64,000 nucleotides of DNA from an uncultured Planctomycetota bacterium (GTDB taxonomy: Bacteria; Planctomycetota; Planctomycetia; Isosphaerales; Isosphaeraceae): the NCBI GenBank assembly GCA_963737655.1, contig CAVTTN010000002.1, positions 896,001 through 960,000 on the forward strand, written 5' to 3'. Below, piece by piece: positions 1 through 9,609 of this stretch (the stretch's first letter is position 1; each line of letters starts with the position of its first letter). Below the pieces are notes generated by a model. It ran no database searches. It was not told where the DNA came from and saw only the letters and a program-made list of their open reading frames with translations. Both the position numbers and the translations under genes were made by a program.

Positions 1-540
1 TATCGGATGGCCGACGTGGTCTCCGCGCTCCGCGAGCATGCCGACGCCTTGCAACGCGCCACGCCGGACCCGGTCCTCGGGCCTCCGAGCCTCTCCGTGG
101 GACGGATCGAAGGGGGTCAGAGCGTCAACGTGGTGCCGGACTGGTGCGAGGTCGAGGTCGATCGCCGGGTGATCCCGGGCGAGGACCCGGACTCGGCCCC
201 CGGGCTCGCCGCCGAATTCCTCCGCCAGAGGCTCGGATCGCTCGAAAAACTCGAATTCCTGCCGGCCTGGGTGAAGATGCCGGCCCTGGCGGCGAACGTG
301 TCGGAGGAGACGCTCGGCGCGATCGAGCGGGCCGTGGCGGAGGTCCGAGGAGTCGTCCCGAAACGAACGGGCGTCCCGTTCGGCACCGATGCCGGGCCTC
401 TCGGGCAGGTCGGCATCCCGTCGCTCGTCTTCGGCCCGGGAGACATCGCCCAGGCCCACACGAAGGACGAATGGATCGACCTGGACGGGCTGGCGATGGC
501 CGAGGAAATCTATTACCGGATCGCTCTGGCGATGGGATGA
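1..540 (+). CDS. M20 family metallopeptidase (ArgE/DapE-like), C-terminal part; gene begins before the window
   Basis: GRIEGGQSVNVVPD, DRRVIPGE, GTDAG and FGPGDIAQAHTKDEW motifs typical of M20 dimerisation and C-terminal regions. Confidence 0.85.
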   Translation, partial: YRMADVVSALREHADALQRATPDPVLGPPSLSVGRIEGGQSVNVVPDWCEVEVDRRVIPGEDPDSAPGLAAEFLRQRLGSLEKLEFLPAWVKMPALAANVSEETLGAIERAVAEVRGVVPKRTGVPFGTDAGPLGQVGIPSLVFGPGDIAQAHTKDEWIDLDGLAMAEEIYYRIALAMG

Positions 541-568
541 TCGAGGGCGATCTCAGGAGGGCCACAAC

Positions 569-829
569 ATGATGGCGACGGACTGGGTGAGGGTCGCGGC
601 CAAGGCGTTCGCGGTGGTCTCGCTGAGCGCGGGGGTCGGGTTCCTCGCCGGGGCGATCTCGTTCCTCGCGATCGGGTCGCGGGGCCGGCTCCATGGAGGG
701 GCCTTCATGCACATCGCCGACGTGATCGGCTGGGGCTCGGCCTTCCTGACCGCCAGCCTGGCCACGTTCGTGATGATCGCCGTCGGCCGGGGCCGACGCC
801 CGGGCAAGCCGGCGGGGCTGGACATGTAG
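569..829 (+). CDS. Small membrane protein with two hydrophobic segments
   Basis: AGGAGG RBS upstream of ATG 569; two hydrophobic stretches; TAG stop at 827-829. Confidence 0.55.
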   Translation: MMATDWVRVAAKAFAVVSLSAGVGFLAGAISFLAIGSRGRLHGGAFMHIADVIGWGSAFLTASLATFVMIAVGRGRRPGKPAGLDM

Positions 830-840
830 GGCCAGGGACC

Positions 841-2316
841 CAGCCCTTTGGAGTCGTCGGCATGAGTTTGTTAAGCTGCCACCAGATACGGAGTTACCGA
901 TTCTCCGCGGAGGCGGCGGCGATGATCCTCAGCGATGTCTTCGAGCGGTTCTCCCGGGATTCTCCTCTGTCGGTCATGGCTCAGGGTGTCATGGCCAACG
1001 CCATGGACCCCCAGGCCCTCGACCAACTCTTCGAGGAGGTCGCCCGCAAGCAGTTCACCCACAAGCTCCTCTTCTCCACGGTCGTCGACCTCATGAGCGT
1101 CGTGGTCTGCCGCATCCGGCCCTCGATCCACGCCGCCTTCCAGGCCCGAGCCGAGACCGTCGGGGCGACCATCGACGCCGTCTACGACAAGCTCGACGGC
1201 ACCGAGACCGCCGTCTCCGCCGCGCTGGTCCACACGGTGGCCGCGCGGTTGGCCCCGGTCATCGAGGCGATGGGAGGCGCCCGGCCCGACTGGCTGCCCG
1301 GCTATCGCGCCCGGATCCTCGACGGCAATCACCTCCCCGGCTCCGAGCACAGGATCAAGGAGCTGCGGGCCATGCGGGCCGCCGCCTTGCCCGGTCACTC
1401 GCTGGTCGTGCTCGACCCCCGCCTGATGTTGGCCACCGATGTCGTCCCCTGTGAAGACGGTCATGCGCAGGAGCGGTCGTTGCTCGATCAGGTCCTGGCG
1501 AAGGTCGCGGCGAAGGACCTCTGGATCGCCGACCGCAACTTCTGCACGACCGACTTCCTGTTCGGGATCGCGGGGCGCGGCGGCTCCTTCGCGATCCGAC
1601 AGCACGCCTCGACCTTGCACTGGGCGTTCGTCGGCAAGCGGCGGGCCTGCGGCCGGATCGAGACCGGCCGGGTCTTCGAGCAGGCCATCCGGGCCACCGA
1701 CGAGGCCGACGAGATCCTGATCCTGCGCCGGATCACCGTGCTGCTGGATCAGCCCACGCGGGACGGAGAGGCCGAGCTGCACATCCTGACCAACGTGCCG
1801 GCCCAGGACGCCCGGGCCAAGGTGATCGCCGATCTCTACCGTCGTCGCTGGACGATCGAGACCGCGTTCCAGGAGTTGGAAGCGTCGCTCGACAGCGAGG
1901 TCAACACCCTGGGCTATCCCAAGGCGGCGTTGTTCGCGTTCTGCGTGGCCCTGGTCGCGTACAACGTGCTGAGCACGGTCAAGGGGGCGTTGCGTTCGGT
2001 GCACGGCGAGGAGGTGGTGGCCGATGAGGTCTCGGGCTACTACGTGGCCGACGAGATCCGGATGACCCACCGGGGGATGATGATCGCGATTCCCGAAGAC
2101 GAATGGGTGGTGTTTCACGACCTGCCCGCCGAGGAATTGGCCGAGGTCCTGGTGGGCCTGGCGCGATCGGTTTCCTTGCCGAAGCTGCGCAAGCACCGCG
2201 CGGCCCGAAGAAGCCGAAGCCCAAGAAACAGAGCGGGGCGAAGATCAAACATGTCGCTACCGCGAAGATCCTAAAAGCTCGTCAAGCGTGTACAAAGTAA
2301 TGCCTCCAAAGGGCTG
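841..2316 (+). mobile_element. IS4-family insertion sequence (1476 bp)
   Basis: 13-bp perfect TIR CAGCCCTTTGGAG (841-853) / CTCCAAAGGGCTG (2304-2316); 11-bp direct repeat GGCCAGGGACC at 830-840 and 2317-2327; encloses a DDE transposase. Confidence 0.92.
922..2300 (+). CDS. IS4-family DDE transposase; frameshift near 2197, true C-terminus probably ...PRGPKKPKPKKQSGAKIKHVATAKILKARQACTK
   Basis: ILDG, IADRNF and YRRRWTIETAFQELE (Y-2-R-3-E signature) motifs; GGAGG RBS before ATG 922; C-terminal part lies in ORF 2103..2300. Confidence 0.88.
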
Positions 2317-2421
2317 GGCCAGGGACCGCACCCATCACGCGACGGCCGTTTGTCGCCGCGTGGCGTGATGGGCGCGGTTCATTCGCCCCGGAGCGCGTCG
2401 CGTTCCCGACGCCGGGGCGGC

Positions 2422-2766
2422 TCAGAAGACGTCCAGGGCGTAGTGGTTGCCCTGGTAGAACTTCCGGCGGTAGTCGATGTCGTAGAAGCCGAACTTCTTG
2501 CGGATGCCCGAGACGCGCTTGCCGCCGTAGAAATTGCGGTAGTACGGGCTCTGGATCTGCGGCACAATGCGCTGCTCGCGGGGGTAGACGTACCAGCGGT
2601 CGTACAGCGACCGGTACTCGAACCCATTGCCGGGGACCTGGGGCGGGGTGTAGGGCCAGTGCAGGTAGTCCGACCAATCCTGCGCCTTGGCGGAGCCACC
2701 CAACCCGGCGAATCCCAGGAGGACTCCCGCCAGGGCGAGGGCCTTGACCAGTGAGCGACGACGCAC
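2422..2766 (-). CDS. Small secreted Tyr/Trp-rich hypothetical protein
   Basis: GGAGG RBS then GTG at 2766; signal peptide (RRRSLVKALALAGVLLGFAGLGGSAKA-Q); aromatic-rich mature part. Confidence 0.7.
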   Translation of the reverse strand: MRRRSLVKALALAGVLLGFAGLGGSAKAQDWSDYLHWPYTPPQVPGNGFEYRSLYDRWYVYPREQRIVPQIQSPYYRNFYGGKRVSGIRKKFGFYDIDYRRKFYQGNHYALDVF

Positions 2767-2867
2767 GTTCCACCTCCGTGAGTGTGCTGAGGGCATCCGA
2801 ACATCGATCAGGATGCCACACGATCGCCGACCGAGTCGGGACGTCGGGCGATTTTTCGCGACGGCGA

Positions 2868-4061
2868 GTGCGGGATGCCCGACCTGGGCAACTCCTGGCG
2901 ATCGGACGGCCTCGGCTCGTCGGTCTCGCCGCCGTCGCGGCCCTCCTGATCGTCCCGAGCCGACCGAGCCGGGCCAGTTCGCCCGAGCCCGAGATCGGCC
3001 GCTACCGCGCCCACGTCGCCACGCTCGCCTCGGCCGAATTCGGCGGCCGCCGAGGCCCCGGCGCGATCAAGGCGGCCGCCTACGTCGAGGACGAATTCCG
3101 CCGGCTCGGCCTGGAGCCGCTCTTCGACGGCTCGTTCCGCCAGGAGATCCCCGACGCCACCACCGGCAAGTCCCTCGGCCGGAACGTGGGCGGGGTGATC
3201 CACGGCTCCGACCCGAAGCTCGCCGGTCAGTTCGTGGTGATCGGGGCCCACTTCGACCACCTGGGCAAGGTCGGCCGCCAGTATTACCCGGGGGCCGACG
3301 ACAACGCCTCGGGCGTGGCCATGATCCTGGAGGTCGCCCGCTGCGTCGCGCAGTCCGACACGCCTCCCCGCCGATCGGTGATCTTCCTCGGCTTCGACCG
3401 CGAGGAAGACGGCCTCTGGGGATCGCGGTTCTTCGTCGAGAACCCGCCGGTCCCCCTGGATTCGATCAAGCTGTTCATCACCGCCGACATGATCGGCCGG
3501 GACCTCGCGGGCGTCTGCAAGGATTTCGTCTTCGCCTTCGGCTCCGAGACCTCGCCCGGCCTGCGACCCTGGATCGACGCCGCCTCCGCCGGAGAGCCCA
3601 TCCGGCTCGGCCTGCTCGCCAATGATTTGCTGCTGGTCGATCGCAGCGATTACGGCCCGTTCCGCAAGCGGGAGATCCCCTATCTCTTCTTCAGCACGGG
3701 CGAGAACCCGGTCTATCACCGCGTCGGAGACACCGCCGACACGCTCGACTACGCCAAGGCCATCGCCACCACGAGGATCATCGCGAGGGTCGTCCGCAAG
3801 GCCGCCGGGGCCGACACCCTCGCCCCGTGGAACCCGATCAGCGAGCCCGACCTCCGCGAGGTCCTGGTCGTCCGCGACGTCCTCCAGGTCCTGATGGCTC
3901 ACCGCGACGATCTCAAGATCGGGACGGCCCCGAGGCTCGTCCTCAAGAACACGCTCAACGTCCTCGACGGCATCATCGCCCGGGGGAAAATCACCGCGGC
4001 AGAGCGGGCGAGGCTCGTCCAGGCCGCCCGGTTCCTGCTGTATTCGGTGATCTCCCCGTGA
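2868..4061 (+). CDS. M28 family aminopeptidase-like metallopeptidase, exported (start approximate)
   Basis: GAHFDHLG, GADDNASG, FDREEDGLWGS, DMIG, RSDY and YH motifs; N-terminal hydrophobic segment. Confidence 0.88.
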   Translation: MRDARPGQLLAIGRPRLVGLAAVAALLIVPSRPSRASSPEPEIGRYRAHVATLASAEFGGRRGPGAIKAAAYVEDEFRRLGLEPLFDGSFRQEIPDATTGKSLGRNVGGVIHGSDPKLAGQFVVIGAHFDHLGKVGRQYYPGADDNASGVAMILEVARCVAQSDTPPRRSVIFLGFDREEDGLWGSRFFVENPPVPLDSIKLFITADMIGRDLAGVCKDFVFAFGSETSPGLRPWIDAASAGEPIRLGLLANDLLLVDRSDYGPFRKREIPYLFFSTGENPVYHRVGDTADTLDYAKAIATTRIIARVVRKAAGADTLAPWNPISEPDLREVLVVRDVLQVLMAHRDDLKIGTAPRLVLKNTLNVLDGIIARGKITAAERARLVQAARFLLYSVISP

Positions 4062-4095
4062 GGCGGGGCAGGGGGGTGGGAGCGGGAAATCGGTC

Positions 4096-4237
4096 TGCTC
4101 TGGAGAAAACCCCGGTGATTGAGCGGAATCGAGTAGGTCCGACTTCAGTCGGGCCTACGAAAAAAGGGATTTTTGTAGGCCCGACTGAAGTCGGACCTAC
4201 TCGATCGACCTCTTCGATCGGGGTCTTCTCCAGAGCA
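4096..4237. mobile_element. 142-bp palindromic MITE-like element, copy 1
   Basis: Outer IR 18/19 (4096-4114 / 4219-4237); inner perfect 31-bp IR (4128-4158 / 4175-4205); flanks AAATCGGTC / AGATCGGTC (8/9 direct repeat). Confidence 0.75.
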
Positions 4238-4264
4238 AGATCGGTCCCATTTTCCCGACGCCGA

Positions 4265-5104
4265 TTACCCCCGCAGCCACCTCGTCAGGTCCGCCGCATA
4301 CCGGGACGGGTCCGGCTCGAATTCCAGGGTGTGGTGGGCGGCGGGGTATTCGATGATCGTCCGGTTCGGGCTGGCGAGGCGGTCGAAATAGGCCCGGGTC
4401 TTCGCGTTGTCCACGATCCGATCGTGCTCGGCGAGCATCAGCAGGGCCGGCTGATGAACATGCTTCGTAGCCCGGGACACGGCGCGATCCAAAAACGTGC
4501 TCGCCGCCAGGAGCCGGGCCGTCGCGTCTCGGAGCGAGAGCGGGTCGTCGGCGATGAACCGCTGGCCCTCGGGATTCGCGGTGAACAGGGCAGGATCGCT
4601 CAGGGGGATCGGAAAACGCCTCGTCGGGTTGGTGAAGAACGCCAGGGCGATCCGAATTCGCTCGGCGAACGTGACGCCGACCCGGGGTTGCAGGCCGGGG
4701 CAGATCAGCGCGAGGGCGGCCACGTCGTCGGGGGCCTCCGCGGCGGCCAGGAGGGCGAGCTTCCCTCCCCAACTGATCCCGGCAAGGCTCGTCGGCACGG
4801 CGGGATCGGCCTTGCGACGGTCCCGGACGAACTCCACCACGTCATCGACCAGCCTTCGCCAACCCGGAGTGTCGCCCCGATCCCGGGCGTTCGAGCCCGA
4901 GCCTCGACGATCGGGGAAATGGGCCTCGAAGCCCAGCTCGGCGAGCCGACGCCCGAGACCTCGATACCATTTCTCGTGGCTCTGGACGCCGTGCAACACC
5001 ACGATTCGCCCCGTCGGCGGGCCGTCCGACGGCCACGAGGCGATGTGAATTGGGTAGCCGTCGGAGGCCGTCCACGACGAGATTTCGGGCGATCGCTCAG
5101 CCAC
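4265..5104 (-). CDS. Alpha/beta hydrolase (lysophospholipase / Hydrolase_4-like)
   Basis: VVLHG, DRRGSG, nucleophile elbow GISWGG, DRIV acid, HTLEFE His; overlaps the upstream gene end. Confidence 0.88.
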   Translation of the reverse strand: MAERSPEISSWTASDGYPIHIASWPSDGPPTGRIVVLHGVQSHEKWYRGLGRRLAELGFEAHFPDRRGSGSNARDRGDTPGWRRLVDDVVEFVRDRRKADPAVPTSLAGISWGGKLALLAAAEAPDDVAALALICPGLQPRVGVTFAERIRIALAFFTNPTRRFPIPLSDPALFTANPEGQRFIADDPLSLRDATARLLAASTFLDRAVSRATKHVHQPALLMLAEHDRIVDNAKTRAYFDRLASPNRTIIEYPAAHHTLEFEPDPSRYAADLTRWLRG

Positions 5105-6281
5105 GGGCGGCCTCCTGGCGAGCCACGGTCATCCGTTCCAGGCCCTCGGGATCGACCGTGACGCCCAGGCCCGGGCCGCTCAACGGCCGGGCCCGGCCTC
5201 CGAATTTGAAGGTGATGTCCTCGCGAATCACATTCGTGGCGAGAACGTGGCGATCATACGAGCCTTCGAGGAACCGAATCCCCAGGACATTCGCCGCGAC
5301 GTGCCGACCGGCCGCCGAGAGCAGGCCCGTCTCGCCCGGGTGACAGCCGAGTTGGAGGCCCAGTCCCGATCGCTTCGCCAGGGCCATGATTCGGAGCGAC
5401 GGCCCGATCCCTCCGCACTTCGACAGCCTCACATTCAGGAAATCGGCCGTCCCGCGATCGATGGCCCGGACGGCGTCGGGATAGCCGCAGAGCGACTCGT
5501 CGAGCATCACCGGGACGCCCAGTCCCGGCCTCAATTCGGCCAGGCGATCGACCTCCTCGTGAGGGACCGGCTGTTCCAGGACCGAGGGGCGGAAGGGCAG
5601 GAGGGGGCGGACCCGCTCGACGGCCTCGCCCGCGGGCCAGGCCTCGTTCGCATCGATGCGAAGATCCATCGATCGACCCAGGATCCTGCGGAGGAGGGCC
5701 ATCCTCGCCGGGTCGTCCTGCCCGGCGACGCCCACCTTGACCTTCACCTGAGCAAATCCATAAACCCGCATCTTGAACGCGGAGATCCGCTCCTTCCGCG
5801 GACTCTCGGCGGTGATCGCCCCGCTGTAGCGGACCGATCGCGGCGATTCGGGCACGTCGAGGCCCTCGTTCAAGGCGAGCAAGCGGACGGCGTCGCCGAC
5901 CGACCGGCCGAACGCGCGGCCATAGGCGTCGAAGAGGGCGAGCTCCAGGGCGCATCGGGCCGCATTGCCGGCCATCCCTCGCGGGTCGGCCTCGATCCGG
6001 GGCAAGGTGATCGCGGAAATCGCCGAGACGGCCGAATCGAAGTCGGCCGGACGGCCCAGGGCCCGGGCCACGTCCAGGGCCATCAGGTCGGCCGTCGCCG
6101 ATTCGATCGTCTCGCCCGTGACGTACTCTCGCGGGACGCCCTCGCCGAAGCCGACGTGCCCGGATTCCAGCTCGGCGCGGACGATCAGGCTATCGCTCGT
6201 CGTCCTCTCGTGGGAGGCGTGGCGGATCGCCTTCTTCAGGGGGATGGCCGCGTGGATCAGCGTCAGCGATCGCAACGTCAT
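5097..6281 (-). CDS. Enolase superfamily enzyme (MLE / dipeptide epimerase-like)
   Basis: GFGEG, KVKVG (KxK), metal ligands in DANE / EQP / DES, NVRLSKCGG, GPGLG. Confidence 0.88.
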   Translation of the reverse strand: MTLRSLTLIHAAIPLKKAIRHASHERTTSDSLIVRAELESGHVGFGEGVPREYVTGETIESATADLMALDVARALGRPADFDSAVSAISAITLPRIEADPRGMAGNAARCALELALFDAYGRAFGRSVGDAVRLLALNEGLDVPESPRSVRYSGAITAESPRKERISAFKMRVYGFAQVKVKVGVAGQDDPARMALLRRILGRSMDLRIDANEAWPAGEAVERVRPLLPFRPSVLEQPVPHEEVDRLAELRPGLGVPVMLDESLCGYPDAVRAIDRGTADFLNVRLSKCGGIGPSLRIMALAKRSGLGLQLGCHPGETGLLSAAGRHVAANVLGIRFLEGSYDRHVLATNVIREDITFKFGGRARPLSGPGLGVTVDPEGLERMTVARQEAARG

Positions 6282-6358
6282 GGGACGACGGCCCCCGGCT
6301 CGGGATCGCGAGCCCTGGCAGGGCCCGTCCCTTTCGGATCGGCCGGTCGGGGCGACCG

Positions 6359-6741
6359 TCAGTAGAACTTTTCCAGGGCCCGGGCGACGGCGTGGGTGAC
6401 GACGTGGCGGCTCACCGGCTTCTTCAGCACGCAGAAGACATTGGCCGAAAGCGCCGCCTCATCAACGAGTCGTCCGAGTCCCCCGAGAGCAGGATCGTCG
6501 GGACCGTCCCCTTGATCTGCCGGACGATTTCCAGGGTCTCCAGGCCGGTCAGGCGGGGCAGGTACATGTCCATCAGGGCGAGGTGGACCTCGCGCTTCAG
6601 GACGATGTCGATGGCATGCTCGCCGCTCTCGGCCAGGATGGTCTGGTAGCCGGCCGGCTCGAAGATGTCGCGGAGCGTCTCACGCGCCGTGGCGTCGTCG
6701 TCGGTGATCAGCAGGGAGTAAGGGGCCGAGTGCGTCGTCAT
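6359..6741 (-). CDS. Single-domain response regulator (receiver); frameshift near 6453
   Basis: LITDDD, LMDMYLP, LSG; alternative frame restores ...ALSANVFCVLKKP...EKFY* ending at 6359. Confidence 0.8.
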
Positions 6742-6962
6742 CGCCGGGGACGGCCGTTCGACGGGGGATTGGAAAAGGAAAACAAATCTCAAAGGTCTCT
6801 CAACATTCTGGTGCAACTTTCGAGCCACGGCAAGGAGAAAGTCTCCCGAGACCGCGCAGATTGGGCCCAAATCCCGGTTTGTCCGCGAGATGAGGCGATC
6901 CGGAATGCTCCTCCGTCGAGCCTGGGGATGCTGGAACCCGGGCAGTGGGGCCAATTTGGCAG

Positions 6963-7994
6963 TCAGCGGCGGGCGGGATTGGCCGATCCGGGGGTCTGCG
7001 CCAGCCGGCCGAACAGTCCTTTCGGCGCGCCCCATCGGGCGTTGGGATCGAACGCGGTCGAGGAGGCGAGTTCGGGCAGGTCGGACTGGAAGTCCCGGAA
7101 CGTGTACTGCTCGACGAGCTCGCCGCCGGGCCCGGTCTCGCGAACGCTCATCGGCAGGCCGTTGGCCGGGTCGAGATAGACGATCCAGGTCTGGCCCCGG
7201 GGCGACTGGCGGATGATCTTGTGGCCGGGCGAGTTGAGCCCGGCGGGCGTTTCCAGGCCGCCGTAGCTCAGCCGATCGCCGCCGGGCTGGCCGCTCTCGA
7301 TCTTGCGGACCTCGGCCTCCATCTGACCCAGAACGTCTTCGAGCCCGGCCTCGGTGATCGGGTGTCGGCTGTACTTCATGACCATCGGGCTGAGCGGGTC
7401 CAGGGCCATCCGCGGCACCAGGGGGGTGTCGGCCATGTTCAGGTGGATCTTGCCCTCGCCCTCGGGCGTCGAATAAAGGACTTCCCGGCCCTTTTGCGGG
7501 CCGTCGGGCCACTGGAGGAGCACGCCCTTGGGATCGCGACGAATGCTCAGGACGATCCGCTCGGCGTCCCCCAGGGCGCCGTTGACGCGTTCCTGGCGAT
7601 CCATCGTGACCCGATAGTTCTTCATCGAGCCGAGCGTTTTGCGGGCCTGGGCCAGCAGCGGCTTGATGGTCGCGATCGCCCCCTCGGCGGGTGGCTTGGG
7701 GGCCGCCACTCGGGGCGAAGCGGCCGGCGCCGAGGGCGACACGGCCGGATCGCGCCTCGGGGCCAACGCGGTCGCCGGGGCCGAGGTGTTCGGCTCCCCG
7801 CTCCAGGCGATCTGAGCCGGGGGAGGGGTCGTCTCGGCGCGTTTGGCCAACGCGGGAGGGGCCGACCTCCGCTTCTTCAGGATTGGCAACGGGGAATTCT
7901 GGGCCCGATACTTCTGGAGCCTCGCGCAGCCCGGCCCGAAGCCGACCGCGACGGCGAGTGCCAGGAGCCACGACCCGCGGAAGGTGCGATCCAT
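6963..7994 (-). CDS. DUF1571-like exported lipoprotein
   Basis: Lipobox-like GFGPGC; Pro/Ala linker; RQERVNG, KGREVLY, SRHPITEAG, GLP and EQYTF motifs. Confidence 0.75.
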   Translation of the reverse strand: MDRTFRGSWLLALAVAVGFGPGCARLQKYRAQNSPLPILKKRRSAPPALAKRAETTPPPAQIAWSGEPNTSAPATALAPRRDPAVSPSAPAASPRVAAPKPPAEGAIATIKPLLAQARKTLGSMKNYRVTMDRQERVNGALGDAERIVLSIRRDPKGVLLQWPDGPQKGREVLYSTPEGEGKIHLNMADTPLVPRMALDPLSPMVMKYSRHPITEAGLEDVLGQMEAEVRKIESGQPGGDRLSYGGLETPAGLNSPGHKIIRQSPRGQTWIVYLDPANGLPMSVRETGPGGELVEQYTFRDFQSDLPELASSTAFDPNARWGAPKGLFGRLAQTPGSANPARR

Positions 7995-8103
7995 CGCCTG
8001 CTTCTCCCCAGAGGGGGCTCCATCCGTGGCCCCATCGCCGCAACGCGACGGCATCTCTTACCCGATCCAGGGAATCTTGACAATCCGAGGACCGATCACC
8101 GGC

Positions 8104-8750
8104 TCAAGGCAAGACTTCGCGGACCGGGAACCGACCGACCTCCCGGCCGTCCAGGATCAGGGCCGCCTGATCGTCAGGCCCCAGGAGGGCCGTCCGGGCA
8201 TAATGGGCCTGTTCCCCCTGGCCGGTCGGCTCGGTGTGCACTTCCAATCGATTGCGGCGGAGGTCCAGCAACCAGTAGATCGGCACGCCGGCCCCGGCAT
8301 AGGTGACCCATTTCACGTTCCGGTCGATGGAGTAGCTCGAATCGGCCACCTCGACGACCAGGGCCGCGTCGCGCTGGGTCCGCCGACGCCCCGAGTAGTC
8401 GCGAGGGCGGCCCCGGACGACCTGCGCATCGGGTCGGGCTCGCTGTCCCGCTCCTCGATCGTCACCGGGTTGCCCATCGACACGAAGAAATCGGCCGGGA
8501 CGAGGCGATGGAGAAGGTCGTCGAGGAGATCGGTCGCGAGGACATGGGGCGGGTTCTTCGACATCTTGCTAACGATCACGCCCTCCAGGAGCTCGACCCT
8601 CGCGTCGGGGCCGAAGACGCCGGCCTCGGCCATCCGATGGTACTCGGCCACGGTGATCCGTCGCCGGGCCAGCAGCAGCGCCTCGCCTTGCGCCATCGCG
8701 AGATCGATCTCGCCCCCGGGCGTGACGAATGGTTCGACGATCGTCGCCAT
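8104..8750 (-). CDS. Uma2 family (PD-(D/E)xK-like) protein; frameshift near 8430
   Basis: ITVAEYHRMAEAG, VELLEG, SEP(D), EVADSS, YAGAGVPIYWLLDL split over two frames. Confidence 0.82.
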
Positions 8751-8767
8751 CCTCGATCCTCCTCGCT

Positions 8768-9382
8768 TCAGGGCAAGACGTCCTTCACCGCGACATGACC
8801 GACTTCGCGACCGTCCAGGATCACGGGGACCTCCTCGGATCGACCGAACGCAAACGACTGCCGATACCGGGGATGATCGGCCGGGCCGGTGGGGTCGGAA
8901 TAGACTTCGATCCGGGCGCCTCGGAGGTTGACGATCCAGTAGGTCGGGATCGCCTCGGCGGCATACGTCGAGAGCTTGTCCCCCCGGTCCTCCGCCAGGC
9001 TCGAATCGGCCACTTCGACGATCAGGACGACATCGCGAGACGCGGGGGTCTGGCGCGAGAAGTTGCGAATCCGACCCCGAACGATGGCCAGATCGGGCTC
9101 GGGCATGCCGTCGTCGGGGATTTCGATCGGTTGCTCCGGCCGGGCGTGGAAACCGTCGGGCAGGAGGGCCGTGACGACCTGGGCGAGCATCAAGACGGCC
9201 GTCAGGTGGCGCGGATTCTTGCCCCATTTCTCGACGATCCGCCCTTTCCACAAAGAAACGCGGTCCGATTCCCGGATGCTCCCCGCCTCGATCATCTGCC
9301 TGCAGCGGGCGGTCGAGATCCGCCACGGCCGATCGAGGGGCGAGGTGAGTGATCCCCGTTCGGAACGAACGCCGATGGCCAT
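8768..9382 (-). CDS. Uma2 family protein (tandem paralog)
   Basis: PEPDLAIVRG, LIVEVADSSL, YAAEAIPTYWIVNL. Confidence 0.85.
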   Translation of the reverse strand: MAIGVRSERGSLTSPLDRPWRISTARCRQMIEAGSIRESDRVSLWKGRIVEKWGKNPRHLTAVLMLAQVVTALLPDGFHARPEQPIEIPDDGMPEPDLAIVRGRIRNFSRQTPASRDVVLIVEVADSSLAEDRGDKLSTYAAEAIPTYWIVNLRGARIEVYSDPTGPADHPRYRQSFAFGRSEEVPVILDGREVGHVAVKDVLP

Positions 9383-9465
9383 GCCCGTGCTCCTCCTTCC
9401 GCCATGATGCGCGCGCCCTCCGGCTCGTGCAAAGGGGGAAATGGGAGGGGAAATGATGTCAGACC

Positions 9466-9607
9466 TGCCTTGTAGAAAACCCTGTTGAGAATGAGGAAAC
9501 GAGTCGGTCCGACTTCAGTCGGGCCTACAAAACAAGACCCTATTGTAGGCCCGACTGAAGTCGGACCGACTCGTTGGACCTCGTCGAAACGCGTATTCAG
9601 AGGTGCA
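9466..9607. mobile_element. 142-bp palindromic MITE-like element, copy 2
   Basis: TGC...GCA ends; inner perfect 33-bp IR (9498-9530 / 9543-9575); perfect direct repeat TGTCAGACC at 9457-9465 and 9608-9616; same length as copy 1. Confidence 0.75.
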
Positions 9608-9609
9608 TG

